DNA of 64,000 bases from Octopus bimaculoides (GCF_001194135.2 NC_069005.1:2744483-2808482); one strand, 5' to 3'. Counted from the stretch's first letter, positions 1 to 13,814 are shown. Numbers and translations are program-made. The notes: generated from the letters alone by a model not told the origin.

Positions 1-485
1 ATATATATATATATATATATACATACATACATGTATATATACATATGTATTATATGTACAGGTTCTTGCTTCATATTTCGTTCAGTTGTGCTGTGTTATC
101 TTTCCTATTTGAGAAGTTTTCTGTTTAAAACTTTTTTGTATTTGAAAACTGCTGTCACAATTCCTAAGGAATTCGTATCTTAGCAATGAGAAATCAATAC
201 AACTCCCCTACACCGCTAGATTACTTCCTGCCGGCTTGTTTTTCATTCATTTATGAAATATTTTTGTTGCTCCTACCTTATACACTCAAACACATCCACA
301 ACTAATATTCACATACATGGAGACACATCACCGTAAATACAAGCAAATGGACAAAGAGCCAAATATATTTTAACAAAACCGCCCAAACAAAACACACCAT
401 GCAGACATATATTATGCACACACAATATATAAGCATGTATATATGCAAGTATGTCTACACACACATATATATACATTTATATGCA

Positions 486-486
<1 letters not shown>

Positions 487-530
<44 letters not shown>

Positions 531-555
531 GTCTATCTATCTATCTATCTATCTG
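487..555 (+). repeat. (ATCT)n tetranucleotide microsatellite
   Basis: Direct reading of tandem ATCT units. Confidence 0.95.
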
Positions 556-997
556 ATTATACATATATATTTATGTATATATATATATGTATGTTTGTGT
601 GTATATATATATGTGTGTGCTTGAGTATGTTTATATACATATATGAAAGTACATGTGTATATACAAACCCGTGCATACATTCATGTGTTTATTGAAATGT
701 TATAATTTTCATATATTTTAAAATGATATATCTGTGCGAATAATTTGAGAAAACAACACAATCGGGATGGGTCGAAGATTTTGTGCATTTTTTGTAGTAT
801 GAAGGAGAGATTTCATCAATGTGGACGTTTATATTGTAGGTTGATTAAAGGAGAAAAATTCGGAGAAATTGCATGTAACATGGACATATTTAGAGACAAA
901 TAAAAATTCTCTATATTGTCTATACATCATTACTGAAGTTGTGTAAGACGTGTGCTGTTGGTTATGTCCACCTTTCTATAATTAATTCATAGTTCAG

Positions 998-1312
998 AGG
1001 TGAAGGCTGGTGCCTGAATGGCACCTGAGAATTGTATGATTGTGACTTCGATTCCTGGCGGTGCATTGTGTTGTTGAGCAAGACACTTTATTCCACGCTG
1101 CTCAATTCCACTCAGCTGACACAAATGAAGTACCCGTACTTCGTAGGGTCATGTCTTATCACATTCTGTGTCACACTGAATATTCCTGAGAACTCATTAA
1201 TGTAACACGTGTCTGTGAAGTGCTCAGCCATGTACACGTTAATGTCACGAGCAATCTGTTCCATTGATCGGATCAACTGGAATATTCGTCGTCGTAAGTG
1301 ACGGAGTTCCGG
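998..1312 (+). mobile_element. SINE family C: tRNA-derived head, CORE-like domain and tail
   Basis: B-box-like CTTCGATTCC, then TTGAGCAAGACACTTTATTCCACGCTGCTC; this module recurs inverted at 31.9 kb and 53.2 kb. Confidence 0.75.
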
Positions 1313-2850
1313 TTCATAGACTCCGATCGCATACAAAATAAACGCAACACAAGGAAAATGAATGTGACACGGCGTTTCGTCTGACAATCTAAATATGGTA
1401 TTACGCTACTACTAATAAAATTTAGCCACGAGCAACAAAATAAACATGAATTCTTTTATATTAGTTTCCGTTATTCGGTCACTGCCAGGTTAAGCTGCCA
1501 TCATCAAGAATTTAGTTGATCGTATAGACTCATAATTCTTTTTTTAAAGCTTCGTGTTTATTTTCTCTATCTATATATACCGAAGAAAAACCTTTATCTT
1601 TCTGACACTGCACCGATCGATCTTTCCATTCATTGTGCGATGGATGGATGTAAAATCATAGAAGAAGCAGGCATAAGCATACACATAGATGTGGAAACAG
1701 CTTCGTATTGCAATATTAATCGTAAGGATGCGACACATCATAACAACCGCGATAGAATCGGCAGCAGTTATAGCAGCAGCAGTAGCAATAGCTGTAGTAG
1801 TAGTATCAGTAGTAGTCCTTTTATTTATATATTTATTTATTTGGCCGACTACTAATAGTGGTCACATTCACTAATGTAAAACCGTGGCGTTAGTTTGATT
1901 TTTGTTTTTCTTTTTTGGCATTTGAGGGCAGTCCACAAGTTTCACATTACTTTGTTTCATTCTTTGATTTTTTTCGCACGGCAGTTTGTAACTTGTTTTC
2001 TCAGATAGCTACAGCCATTGATGGTTTATATAATCTTAGAATTATTTCTCCTGAAAATGCTTTCAATTTACGTATTTTAATTTTTGCTTCCTTTCTAATA
2101 TTTTTTTTATCTCATGCATTTTGTATCTATACATTTTTTTTCAAGAAATTAATTTCGTTTTACGATGGATTTTGTTGTGTTTTTCTCTTTTTCTTTTTGG
2201 TCTCCTATTATCTTTCGTTTATCTGTTAAGGAGGAGTAGTCCAGTTTTAAACATTCTATTTGAACTTAGCCAAGAAATCGAATCGTGACTAAGCCACATT
2301 TAATCAAACAAAATAGAAACGAGAAGCGCCTCAGGTTTTTCGTCCTCTCAGGCAGATATTTTTTATGGCTGATTCCAAAAAACAAAAAAAAAAAAGAAAG
2401 AGGGGAAAAATAGAAAAACTGAAACAAAAGCACGAAGAAAATGATGATGATGCTGATGATGTTGGTGGTGATAAAAAAACAAACATAATGGCAAAACAAT
2501 AGAAAGAAAATACCTGCAATAAAAGATTATATAATTTTTAAGGAGTGCGCACGTGTGTGTGAATGTAGGATGTCTTTTAAGATTCCTCCTTTTAGTTTTA
2601 GTCTTTGTCGTTGATGCTGTTGATGCTGTTGTTGCTGTTGTTGTTTATCTGGTTGTTCTCGATGCTGACGAAGATGGTGATGATGCTGATGTTCTTGCCA
2701 TTGTGTTTGCTTTTGTTATTCTCTTCGATTGTCATTTTTTGTTTTCTTACGTTTCTTTATATATTTTTGAAATTCTTTTCTGATAAGTAAAGAATTGGTA
2801 AAAATACAGACTAAAATAGATTTAGAAGTAATCCTCTTATGGAAATAAAG

Positions 2851-2950
<100 letters not shown>

Positions 2951-3095
2951 ATCATTATTTACTTATTTTCATTATCTGTTTATTCTTATTTTCCTCATTA
3001 TTTTATTTTATTATATTTCTACATAATGACAAATCTGGGACTGAGATTTCCAGTGTTTATATATATGTATATATCTATATATCTATATACATACG

Positions 3096-3169
<74 letters not shown>

Positions 3170-3983
3170 TACAACAAAAGTGTATATGCATACGTATATA
3201 TATGTACGTATGTATATATATATTTATACGTGCGTGTGTATATATGCATATGTGTGTGTGTGTGTGGGTCTGTGTGAGTGTGTCTGTGTGTATCTGTCTG
3301 TTTTCTCTGAGCTAAACATACGGAGAAATCTTTGAAAGACAAAGAATTAAAAACACAAGAAAACAACAAACACCCAAAATATCAAAAGACAAACAAAACG
3401 AGTTATCTCAGGCGAAAGCAAAGAGGAGATAATCATAACAAAGAGCCATTTGTCTCCATTTTTTTCCTTGGAGGTTTCTCACCATCTCTATCCCCATGCA
3501 TAATGTACAACAAAAGCACCATCTTGGCATATCATCTTACTTGACGCAACATTCTAATATATTATTTTTGACGTTTGTCCAATATTTACCGCAGTTCAGC
3601 TAATTCTTCACAATATTTCAGGTAGCTGTTCAACTTAACTGGCGACCATGTTCTTTACTGATGGCATAAACACATCACATATTTACAGGTAAACAAATTT
3701 ATCTCGATGAGGTCGTGGTCAATAACTGTATAAATATGATGATGATCATTACGATGTGTATGCATGCGTGTATGTATATGTGTATGTATGGATCTATTTA
3801 TGTATTTGTGTGTGTGTAAGTGTGCATGTGTAGATGCAAGTATGTAAACGTGTATCTAACTATGTATACATAAGTGGGTATATGTATATATGGATACCTA
3901 TATATATATATATATATATACCTATAAGTATATGTTTATGTATATACAAATGTACGTATGTATATATGTATATATGTACGTAT

Positions 3984-4052
<69 letters not shown>

Positions 4053-4070
4053 CGTTTTATTCTTGTAGTT

Positions 4071-4268
4071 ATTTCAATCAATTGATTGCGGCCATGCTAG
4101 AGCACCGCTTTTAGTCGAGCAAATCGACCCCAGGACTTATTCTGTGTAAGCCTAGTACTTATTCTATCGGTCTCTTTTGCCGAACCACTAGTTTACGGGG
4201 ACGTAAACACACCAGCATCAGCTGTCAAGCGACGTTGGGGGGACAAACACAGACACACAAACATATAC
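4071..4268 (-). mobile_element. SINE family B, 3' half
   Basis: GCGGCCATGCTAGAGCACCGC...GTCGAGCAAATCGACCCCAGGAC...GCCGAACC; near-identical to 26027-26230. Confidence 0.9.
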
Positions 4269-4295
4269 TAGCCCCTTTTTATCCTTCAATGTGAC

Positions 4296-4520
4296 ATTCT
4301 TTTCTACTATATGCACAACGCTCGGAATTTTTTTTTTTTTTGCGGGGAGACCAGTCGATAACATCGACACCAGTACGCAACTAGTTCTTAATTTATCGAA
4401 CCCGAAATGATGAAAGGCAAAGTCAACCACGAAGGAATTTGAACTCAGAACATAAAGACAAACGAAATACCGATAAGAATTTCGCCCGGCGTGCTAAAGA
4501 CCCTGCCAGCTCGCTACCTT
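4296..4520 (-). mobile_element. SINE family A, near full length
   Basis: Reverse complement of the 8551-8770 copy (GGCAAAGTCAAC...GAATTTGAACTCAGAAC...CTGCCAGCTCGCT). Confidence 0.9.
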
Positions 4521-7042
4521 CCCTTCAAGGTGACATTGTGCCTCCGGAGATACCTAGACACGCCCAGCTATCTGGTGCCGGTCCTGTTACGTGGCTTCTT
4601 CCAGCCGCATCGAATGAGAATAAAGGCCTGGAAGGTTGATCTGGTGGGGGACAGCGGATATGTCCGTACCAGCGCCGGGGACGTATAGCTTTGAGGTGGA
4701 AGGCTGACAAGCTCCAAAGAAAAACAGCCCGACACATGGAATGGTCAACTATGACATAATGGCTTCATTTATTTGCCACCAGGGCGAAAAGTGAGGGTGA
4801 CAAAAGAAAATAGACACAGTACAGGGGTTTACATGAAATAAAATAACATAAATAGATACAAAAAATGAAGTAAGTATACACGGCTACAATGAAAAGGAAG
4901 GGAGGTATACACAGTATGCAAAGCTTATAAAGAAAAAAAGAATATCGGAATCCTGATCACCTCAGGATTCTAAATAATATATGCAACAATCAGCGCAGCC
5001 AGAAATGGATGGTGACTGATGTCTCAATATTATTATCTAAATCTGCGTTAATATGAAATTCCACGCGAAGGTTATGGAGAGAAAAGACAGAAACTAAAGG
5101 AAGCGATACGTCATAAATAAGAAATAGTTAGCAGGAGATACACAACAGACGTATACAGTCGCAATGTATAGGAAAAAAAAATCTGTAAATAAATGTTGAA
5201 AACAAGAGATCCGAGATAAATTACAACGAATGCAATAATAATTAAAACTGACAACGCTTCATGGAACGGAATAGATATTTCGACAACAGCCCGAAACGAA
5301 TTTGGCCAGTCTGGTAGGGCGTGGGGGAGGAATGAAACATGATCAAAATAGAAACCAATGCAATGCCATTTCGAAAAGAGTTTGGACAGTTAAATTACTG
5401 GAGCGGCGGAGAAGGATTTTCAAAACAACAAAAAACGCATCTAACAGACAATTCATATATATGTATAAACACACACACACACAGAGGCAATCATCACACA
5501 CACGCACGCACAGACACAGACACACACACATATATATATATATGTGTGTGTGTGTGTGTATGTATGCATATATATATATATATATATATATATANNNNNN
5601 NNNNNNNNNNNNNNNNNNNNNNNNNNNNNNNNNNNNNNNNNNNNNNNNNNNNNNNNNNNNNNNNNNNNNNNNNNNNNNNNNNNNNNNNNNNNNNNNNNNN
5701 NNNNNNNNNNNNNNNNNNNNNNNNNNNNNNNNNNNNNNNNNNNNNNNNNNNNNNNNNNNNNNNNNNNNNNNNNNNNNNNNNNNNNNNNNNNNNNNNNNNN
5801 NNNNNNNNNNNNNNNNNNNNNNNNNNNNNNNNNNNNNNNNNNNNNNNNNNNNNNNNNNNNNNNNNNNNNNNNNNNNNNNNNNNNNNNNNNNNNNNNNNNN
5901 NNNNCCCCCCCCCCCGCATAAGCGGGTGCTGCCAAACCAGTGTTAAAATATGTAGAAGATACGACACAGCAAATGTAAGAATGATTGATTAGCAGAAGAA
6001 TTTTGACCACATGTATCCTCACTCGTTGATTCTGGATACGTTTGCTGCGGAGATTATAAAACATGGTACGCAAGTAGATGATGAATAAGTAACGAAATAA
6101 AAAGTCAGTTCAACTTACGTCGGTATTTTGTCTCAAGGTATGCGACTTAGCTTTAAATAGGGCGTGAGACGAAAATAGATATTAAAATTTCCTTTTACCT
6201 TATATCTGATTTAAATAACGGTTTGTAAATATGTTCAAATGTATTTGATTTGATCTTCCATTTGAGTATTGGATTCTATCTGTTTTTTTTATTATTTTTA
6301 AATATGGGCGCTTTTAAATAAGTTCGCTGCCATCGACGTATAGTTGAAAATAATTGAACTGAAGTGGAAACATTTTATTAATTTCAATTCTTAAAAAATA
6401 ATGACATAAAGTGGAAAAAGTGGTAACTCGAAACGTTGTAATTTGTGATGTACCTGTAGTTCATATTGAACCGAGATTTATATAAACTGTATCCAATACA
6501 ACAGGAATAATATCTCACCATCTCACCTTCTCTGCACTTTTTTGTCTTCTAAAGTTCAAATACAAAATTTTTAGGAGAAGACATTTATCTGTCTTTTGTT
6601 TACGAATAACAACAAAGTGTTCTCTGCAGAGGGTTAACAAGTACAGACAGTGTTTCAAGTATTACGTCATATTCAGTGGCATTGCAAAACACGCCAAATT
6701 AACAATAATAAACAAGAGAGGAAAGACAAATTATTATTAATACCATGTTAATTAGAGAAAAAGAGATAACAGAATTAATCCAAGCACAGACATCGGAATT
6801 CTTAACAATTTTAGCAGCAGACAGCCTACTACACACGGATGAAAGAACATTTTTGGGAAAGTTAATCTCCATGCCTATCTTAAGCAAGTTATTAATACCA
6901 GAAAAACGGTAACACATATTAAAACGCAAACCAATCACATTAATAAGTGAGAGCTGTGATACTCTTAATTACAAAATAAAAGAATGAGAATACTGCAGAA
7001 GAAGAAAGAAAAACAGATATTGATGGTATTTCAAATAGTAGT

Positions 7043-7257
7043 TTTATATTTTGCCACAAGGCCACCAATATTTTAGCAGGCGTTGATGGGTCAAGTCAAT
7101 TAATTCAACTCTAGTAATTGAGTGGTAGATAATGTCATCGAACCCCCAAAAAGGGTGGGAAGCAAAGTTGGTCTCGGCGGATTTTGAACTTAGAACACAA
7201 AGAGCTGGATAAAAATTGCGCCGAGCTTGTCGTCTGTGCTAAGGATTCTGCCAGTTC
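7043..7257 (-). mobile_element. SINE family A, diverged
   Basis: CACAAGGCC...CTCGGCGGATTTTGAACTTAGAAC...GCTAAGGATTCTGCCAG. Confidence 0.8.
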
Positions 7258-7442
7258 TAGAACGCAAATTCGCTTCTATAAATCATAGTTCGGGTTCTAA
7301 TGCTCTTCTCCAACAACTAAAGCAGTTTTCTTCCATCAGAGCTATGAGTCGAAGGTAGCATATAAACCCCATTGCAACGCGCGCACTCACACACGCACAC
7401 AAACGTGCACACACATGCCCAGAAATGTCTACATATATCTAT

Positions 7443-7480
<38 letters not shown>

Positions 7481-8550
7481 TCTCTATGACTGTATATATA
7501 TGAGAGTAGTTACAAAACCAAATATGGATATATTGAATGATATATTCATCGCTCATACCACACACACACACACACTTCTCTCAGTATAAATACCCACATA
7601 CACGAGCACTCACACCTACACACAAATATAGAGATAAATGAAAACACATACAAACACGCGCATATACGTAAAGAATATATATCTATTTCATATGATTATA
7701 TATTATACATACGCATGTGTAATTTCGATATAAATCATATAATGAAAACATATAGAAAAATAATAATAAATTTTTAGGAGTATATATATAATGTTTACCT
7801 GTACATGTTTCTAGCATCGGTTTGTAGATATTTTCCATGTACACATAATTGCATCGAAAACGTAGTTAGATTGATAGGTAGATAATATAGATATATGACG
7901 AGAGAGAGATGAAAAGTAAAAAAGAGGAAGACGTGTGTAAAAGTGTGTTGCGTTTTTTAAATGCACTTGAATTTCCGAAATACTCTTGTATTGGAACGAA
8001 AATCTAAGTCGCGAAGCCGAAGCGTCATTCAAAAAATTTCAATATTTGCTAAGTGTAAATAATTGCATTTGTAAATGCTCAAAATGTGGAGATTCATATT
8101 AAAAATAAAAATTTAGAAAAGGACTCTCTGATAGAAATTAGAAATATATTTCATAAATTTATTGGAAATATTTATTCGTTCAAACTTTCGCAAATGTGCC
8201 AGAATGAAGAAGAATAATTCAATTTAACAGCTATGATATAATAATGGTTTGGAATTTTTGGTAGAGGGCCAGTAATTTTGAGGGTGGGAGATAGTCAATT
8301 ATGCCAATGTTATAAGAATAAGACATAAACTGAATTTACTAAAACGGAACACATTAAAACACACACACACATATATATATATTTGGGAACCCTCCTTCAG
8401 ATTCGTTAAAGTTTCCTATAAATAGTAATGCGGTAAATTGTCTATCTTTCTGTTACTAAGTGTTCATATTCTGATATGGTCAACTTTGAATTTTATACAT
8501 TCTGGGACGAAAATTATAGTGCCAAACCTCTGCTAGAATAGGTTTTTCGC

Positions 8551-8770
8551 GGAGGCAGCGAGCTGGCAGAAACGTTAGCACGTCGTGCGAAATGCTTAGC
8601 AATATTTCGTCTGTCTTTACGTTCTGAGTTCAAATTCCGCCGAGGACGACTTTGTTTTTCATCCTGTCGAATGTCGATATATTAAGTACCAGTTGCATAC
8701 TTGGGTCGATCTAATCGACTGGCACCGTCCCCCAAAATTTGGGGCCTTGTGCTTAGAGCAGAAAAGGAAT
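8551..8770 (+). mobile_element. SINE family A, full length (tRNA-derived head, Deu/Nin-like central domain)
   Basis: A-box TGGCAGAAACGTT (8564), B-box GTTCAAATTCC (8628), 12 related copies in the window; the domain name is from recall. Confidence 0.9.
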
Positions 8771-8904
8771 AGGTTCTTATATTCCACCCAAGCTTCTATC
8801 AATCTCGACATCTGTGTCATTTTTTCGAACAAATCGGCCGAGGTTATGCGAGAAGAGGAATGGACATTGCAGGGGTTAAAATGCTTAAAATGCACCGTGC
8901 AGTG

Positions 8905-9060
8905 CATCACGTGGTCCTGTAGTAAGAGGTTTGTCTCCAAAGTATATCGTTGCAGGTACAGTCTCATTGTGTTGTACCTTCAAAAGCTACCTTCCACTGC
9001 ACTCACTGGCCGACCAAAGTCGTGTGTGCAGATAGGCGGATACTGAAGAAGCTCCTTTGT
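8905..9060 (+). mobile_element. SINE family B, old 5' half
   Basis: GGCCGACCAAAG...GCGGATACTGAAGAAGCTC followed by (TA)n, as in other B copies. Confidence 0.55.
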
Positions 9061-9063
9061 GTG

Positions 9064-9102
<39 letters not shown>

Positions 9103-9644
9103 TTATCAGCTGTCATGCATTGTTCTTTCTTGATTTATTGTTTGAAAATTTCCATGTAAATACTTAGATATAATTATACGAAAAAATATATCAAAAATAC
9201 TACAGCCAATATGTCCGTTTCTGTATATTTAGATTCTTGAAAATCAGATGTTTCTACAGCAAATGTCAACGTAAATGTGATTTATACATATATGCGGTGT
9301 CATCTTTAAAATTTAGATAAATTCCTATTCAAATATCTGAAAATAGCAATGTGTCTAATATGTACAAACTCATATTACAGCTCACCTATTGTCATTTGTT
9401 CCGCTTCTCTTTGCCAGTGGATGAGTATTATACATATATTTGTTTTTGGTAGGCACACCCTTTACATACATGGACTCATGCAGGAAAAAATCAAAAATAC
9501 TTAAAGGCTGTACGGTAGTTTATTTCCTATTCTTTTAGTTTTAAAGCAGTATATATGTGTATGTGTGTGACGGGTGTGTATGTTATGTGTGTTTGCGTGT
9601 GTCACGCATGTGTCATATGGGCATATCGTATACACACACACACG

Positions 9645-9732
<88 letters not shown>

Positions 9733-10170
9733 CATATATATATATGACGTGTGTATGTATATATATATATACATATATAGATACACACACAAAAAGAGAG
9801 AGTGAAAGATAAATACCCAGATAAATAGATAGATAGATAGATAGGTTTAATTTCTAACATACCTATATTCATATTTCTGAGTAATATATATTAATATCGT
9901 AAAATATATACGGAAAAGTTGAAGTGACATTTCTCTGCAGAATATATATTATATTTAATATTTAATATATAATCTATTTTTATTGGCATATTGTGTTGGT
10001 TTGTATGATTTGTACGACGAGGTATTCATCGTCTTCTATAGACACTAAATATAAAATACATCACACGTTGTTTCTCCACTTTTATTTGTCGTAGCTTCGT
10101 TTCCATTGTTTACATATATTATGTACACATTGAGAGAAACGTGTTTACTATTAAACTCTAGGTATAGTTA

Positions 10171-10209
<39 letters not shown>

Positions 10210-11221
10210 CCTGTTACTATAATTCTGACCTTCTATTTCTCCATCATTTTTCATCCCTGCTATCTTTCTCTCTATGTCATTCTCTCTCTCTTTCTCTCAC
10301 ACTCTAGTTCTATATAGTTTCTTTGCTATTACATACCTAAATTATTAGTGTGTATATTTTTGAATATATATATATATAATAAAATATAGGGTAAAAAATC
10401 ATATATTAATTAATATCGATTAATTACCAGGATTCCGCTAAATTTCGTTTTGAGAACAATTTAGGTCTTAATAGACACAAGATGTGATCTATTTCTAGCA
10501 CATTGAATGTCCACGTTAGTGATCAACGTTATATATAAAAATATATACATATATATATATAGAGAGAGAATGAGAGAGAAAGAAATTGAAAGAGAGAGTG
10601 GGAGAGCGATAGAAGCAAAGAAAAATGTCTAGATATGCATAAATGTATATTAATTATGTCTCATATGTATAAGTAAATCATAAGCTACAGACAGGTACAA
10701 GAAAACACACCTATATGCACATGTAGACATACATGTGCCTATATTATTATTTCTGTTACTGTTCTTATTACTATGAAAACTCAAATTGACAATGTCTAGC
10801 GACTAGTGTAGTTGTAAAACGTTGCTATCTTGAGGCGAACATATGTGGTGTGTATATATGTATGATATAGATGAAAAAGTACTGATATGTGATATATCTC
10901 GTCTCACATTTGCAAAAATATGTCTATCAGAGAACTGTCGACAGATTGAAAGCATTTGTATACAGAGAAATTGGTTTCCTAGTTATATATGTATATATAT
11001 ATGTGTGTGTATACAATCTCAGACCTCACACATATACATATATCGTTCACCATGAAATGAGTATTTAGTTAGGATATATATTTCAATATCGATACGGGCA
11101 TCATCATTCGCCCAAAATTTACAGTGATTACATTGAAATAACTTTTTGCAGATGTCACGCACAAAGCGTGAAACTTTTGAAGACGGAGCTGGTCGAGTGA
11201 ATAAAACATCAATTTTCAATC

Positions 11222-11360
11222 GTGACTTATTTCATCTACCCCGAAAGGATTAAATGCTCAGTTGATTACGGCAGAATTTGAACTCAGAACATAAAGGCGG
11301 GCGGGCAGGATGCTGCTACGCATTTTATCCAGCGCAGGTACGATTCTGCCATTTCGCGCC
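11222..11360 (-). mobile_element. SINE family A, 5' part
   Basis: CCCCGAAAGGAT...GCAGAATTTGAACTCAGAAC...ACGATTCTGCCA. Confidence 0.8.
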
Positions 11361-13146
11361 ATCTAGGCTTTACATAATGGAAATAAGATAAAGGAATGTG
11401 AGCTATTTACTACGTTACTTAACCCTGTGCAGAATAAAATGCCCTTGTTGATTGTTAACAACAAACATTGAAAACCTTTTCTGGCGGCAAACAAATTCGG
11501 AAAAAACAAACAAACAAAAGTATTATAGAAATAAAAAAAATCTACGAGACATCTACTGAATTGGACTTTTCTCCTTCCTCTAGCTAGGGTAATAATGCGA
11601 ATAATAAATTGCGTTTCCTCTACAGCCTTATGGATTATTTTGCAGTTAATTTCGGGTCGTTGTTAAAGAGAAAAGAGAACGTTACCACCAATACGTCAAT
11701 TCTATATTCTAAGGAATAACAATAGATAAGTCTGATGAATGCGACATAAAACCTAAGCATTGGTGGTGCTTATCTAGATAACAAAATAGAACTGATCGTG
11801 TGCAATAACCATAAAGAAAAGACACTTTCTCTGCAGTTTAGGAAACAACATGGTTCTTATGCCTATTGTAGATATTGATGCAGTGAATTAATAGGAATAT
11901 ATAAACCAGACGAAATTCCTGGGAAGATGATGCATTTCATTACATAATGCTGTTTGCTATTCCGTGTATTAAGTCAATAATCTTTGCTAGTGTTTTGGGG
12001 TCTAAGCAACAGAGAAACTAGCTAATTTGTGCCATGTAATACGCGATTTTTAATAAAATGTTAATAAAATAATATATTTATATGTATAAATTAATGTAGC
12101 ATAAAAATACGTTAAAAGAATAGATATTTTTTTTATAATACCGTTTTAACCTCTTACATTATGAAATTCCAACTTCTGTTCAAATGAAATATCAAAATTT
12201 CGTTTTAAGTGCAATATTGCTAAAATTCACTAATTTCGTGTTTTACTTCTTTAAACAGAATTCTAGGTACAATTTGCAAAATTTCATAGGAATTCATACG
12301 TGTTCAAGTACTAAATAAAATTTACATATTTCATGAAAATAATGTCCGCAAAATATTGCTTAAATATACAGTCCCATATTATTCAAATAACTTGTACCAT
12401 TCCGTTGAATATGCGAAGAGTCTTTTTCCATTCCTCGTGTTTCGTTGTACAATTAGGCAATGTGTTTTAAAGATATTCATGTGTATCTATAAAACGTGGA
12501 ATTAATGTTGGAGTTGGCATCAATTGCACTGAATGTATAATGCCTATTACTGATCGATCTTAGTAAAAAAAAAAAAGAAAGAGAATAAAAAAAGAAGGTA
12601 AAGCTATCAACGATTGATAAAATTATGATATCAACGAAGAATATTCGTAACGTTTGTTATTTTTTCATACATATGTATTAAATGTGGTTAGATTCACCGC
12701 AAATTGCGCACGCTCGTCGCCTTTAAGATAATCTTGCTTCGCTTTACTGAGATAGTTTGTATCATTTCGTGAGGAAGTGTGAAAACGCTGCTGTCGACGA
12801 CTCACTGTTATTTCAGGGAGTCTAATACATGATCTGAGAACAGAACTAGCAATTAACCACAGAGGTTTCCTTCAGAAAATTCTCATTACGACTATAATCT
12901 GCAGATAAATATAGACCCTGATATTATACAGAAGAAATCATCAGAGAATATGGAGTTCTGTAAGAAATGTTAGTTTGTATTTATTTTTTGGTTGTATTTT
13001 CCGTGTTTTTTTTTCTTATCTTTTCTTTCTTTTTCGTTCGGTTTCTTTACATCTTTTAGAATTCTTCCACTTGTATTTCAGTTGCAGCGAGAATCAAACG
13101 CAGCCATAATAAGTTTCGAAAAGCTGATGTATATATGTATATATAT

Positions 13147-13181
<35 letters not shown>

Positions 13182-13565
13182 NNNNNNNNNNNNNNNNNNN
13201 NNNNNNNNNNNNNNNNNNNNNNNNNNNNNNNNNNNNNNNNNNNNNNNNNNNNNNNNNNNNNNNNNNNNNNNNNNNNNNNNNNNNNNNNNNNNNNNNNNNN
13301 NNNNNNNNNNNNNNNNNNNNNNNNNNNNNNNNNNNNNNNNNNNNNNNNNNNNNNNNNNNNNNNNNNNNNNNNNNNNNNNNNNNNNNNNNNNNNNNNNNNN
13401 NNNNNNNNNNNNNNNNNNNNNNNNNNNNNNNNNNNNNNNNNNNNNNNNNNNNNNNNNNNNNNNNNNNNNNNNNNNNNNNNNNNNNNNNNNNNNNNNNNNN
13501 NNNNNNNNNNNNNNNNNNNNNNNNNNNNNNNNNNNNNNGTATATGTATATATACATACATATATA

Positions 13566-13600
<35 letters not shown>

Positions 13601-13776
13601 GTATGTATTTATATACATATGTATATGTATATATACATACATATATATGTATATATATATATATATACATATGTATATGCATCTATGTGTATTCATATGT
13701 ATATGTATGTATATATATATGCATGTATAACAATATATATATATATATATAAATATGTACACGTATATATATGTAT

Positions 13777-13814
<38 letters not shown>

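Noticed and set aside
6699-6938. Overlapping open frames on both strands (6712-6912 plus; 6699-6938 minus)
   Set aside because: No usable splice or start context and no recognisable domain.
6617-11432. TTAACCC...GCA ends (6637, 8879, 11418) suggesting piggyBac-type termini
   Set aside because: The matches are short and cannot be paired into an element.
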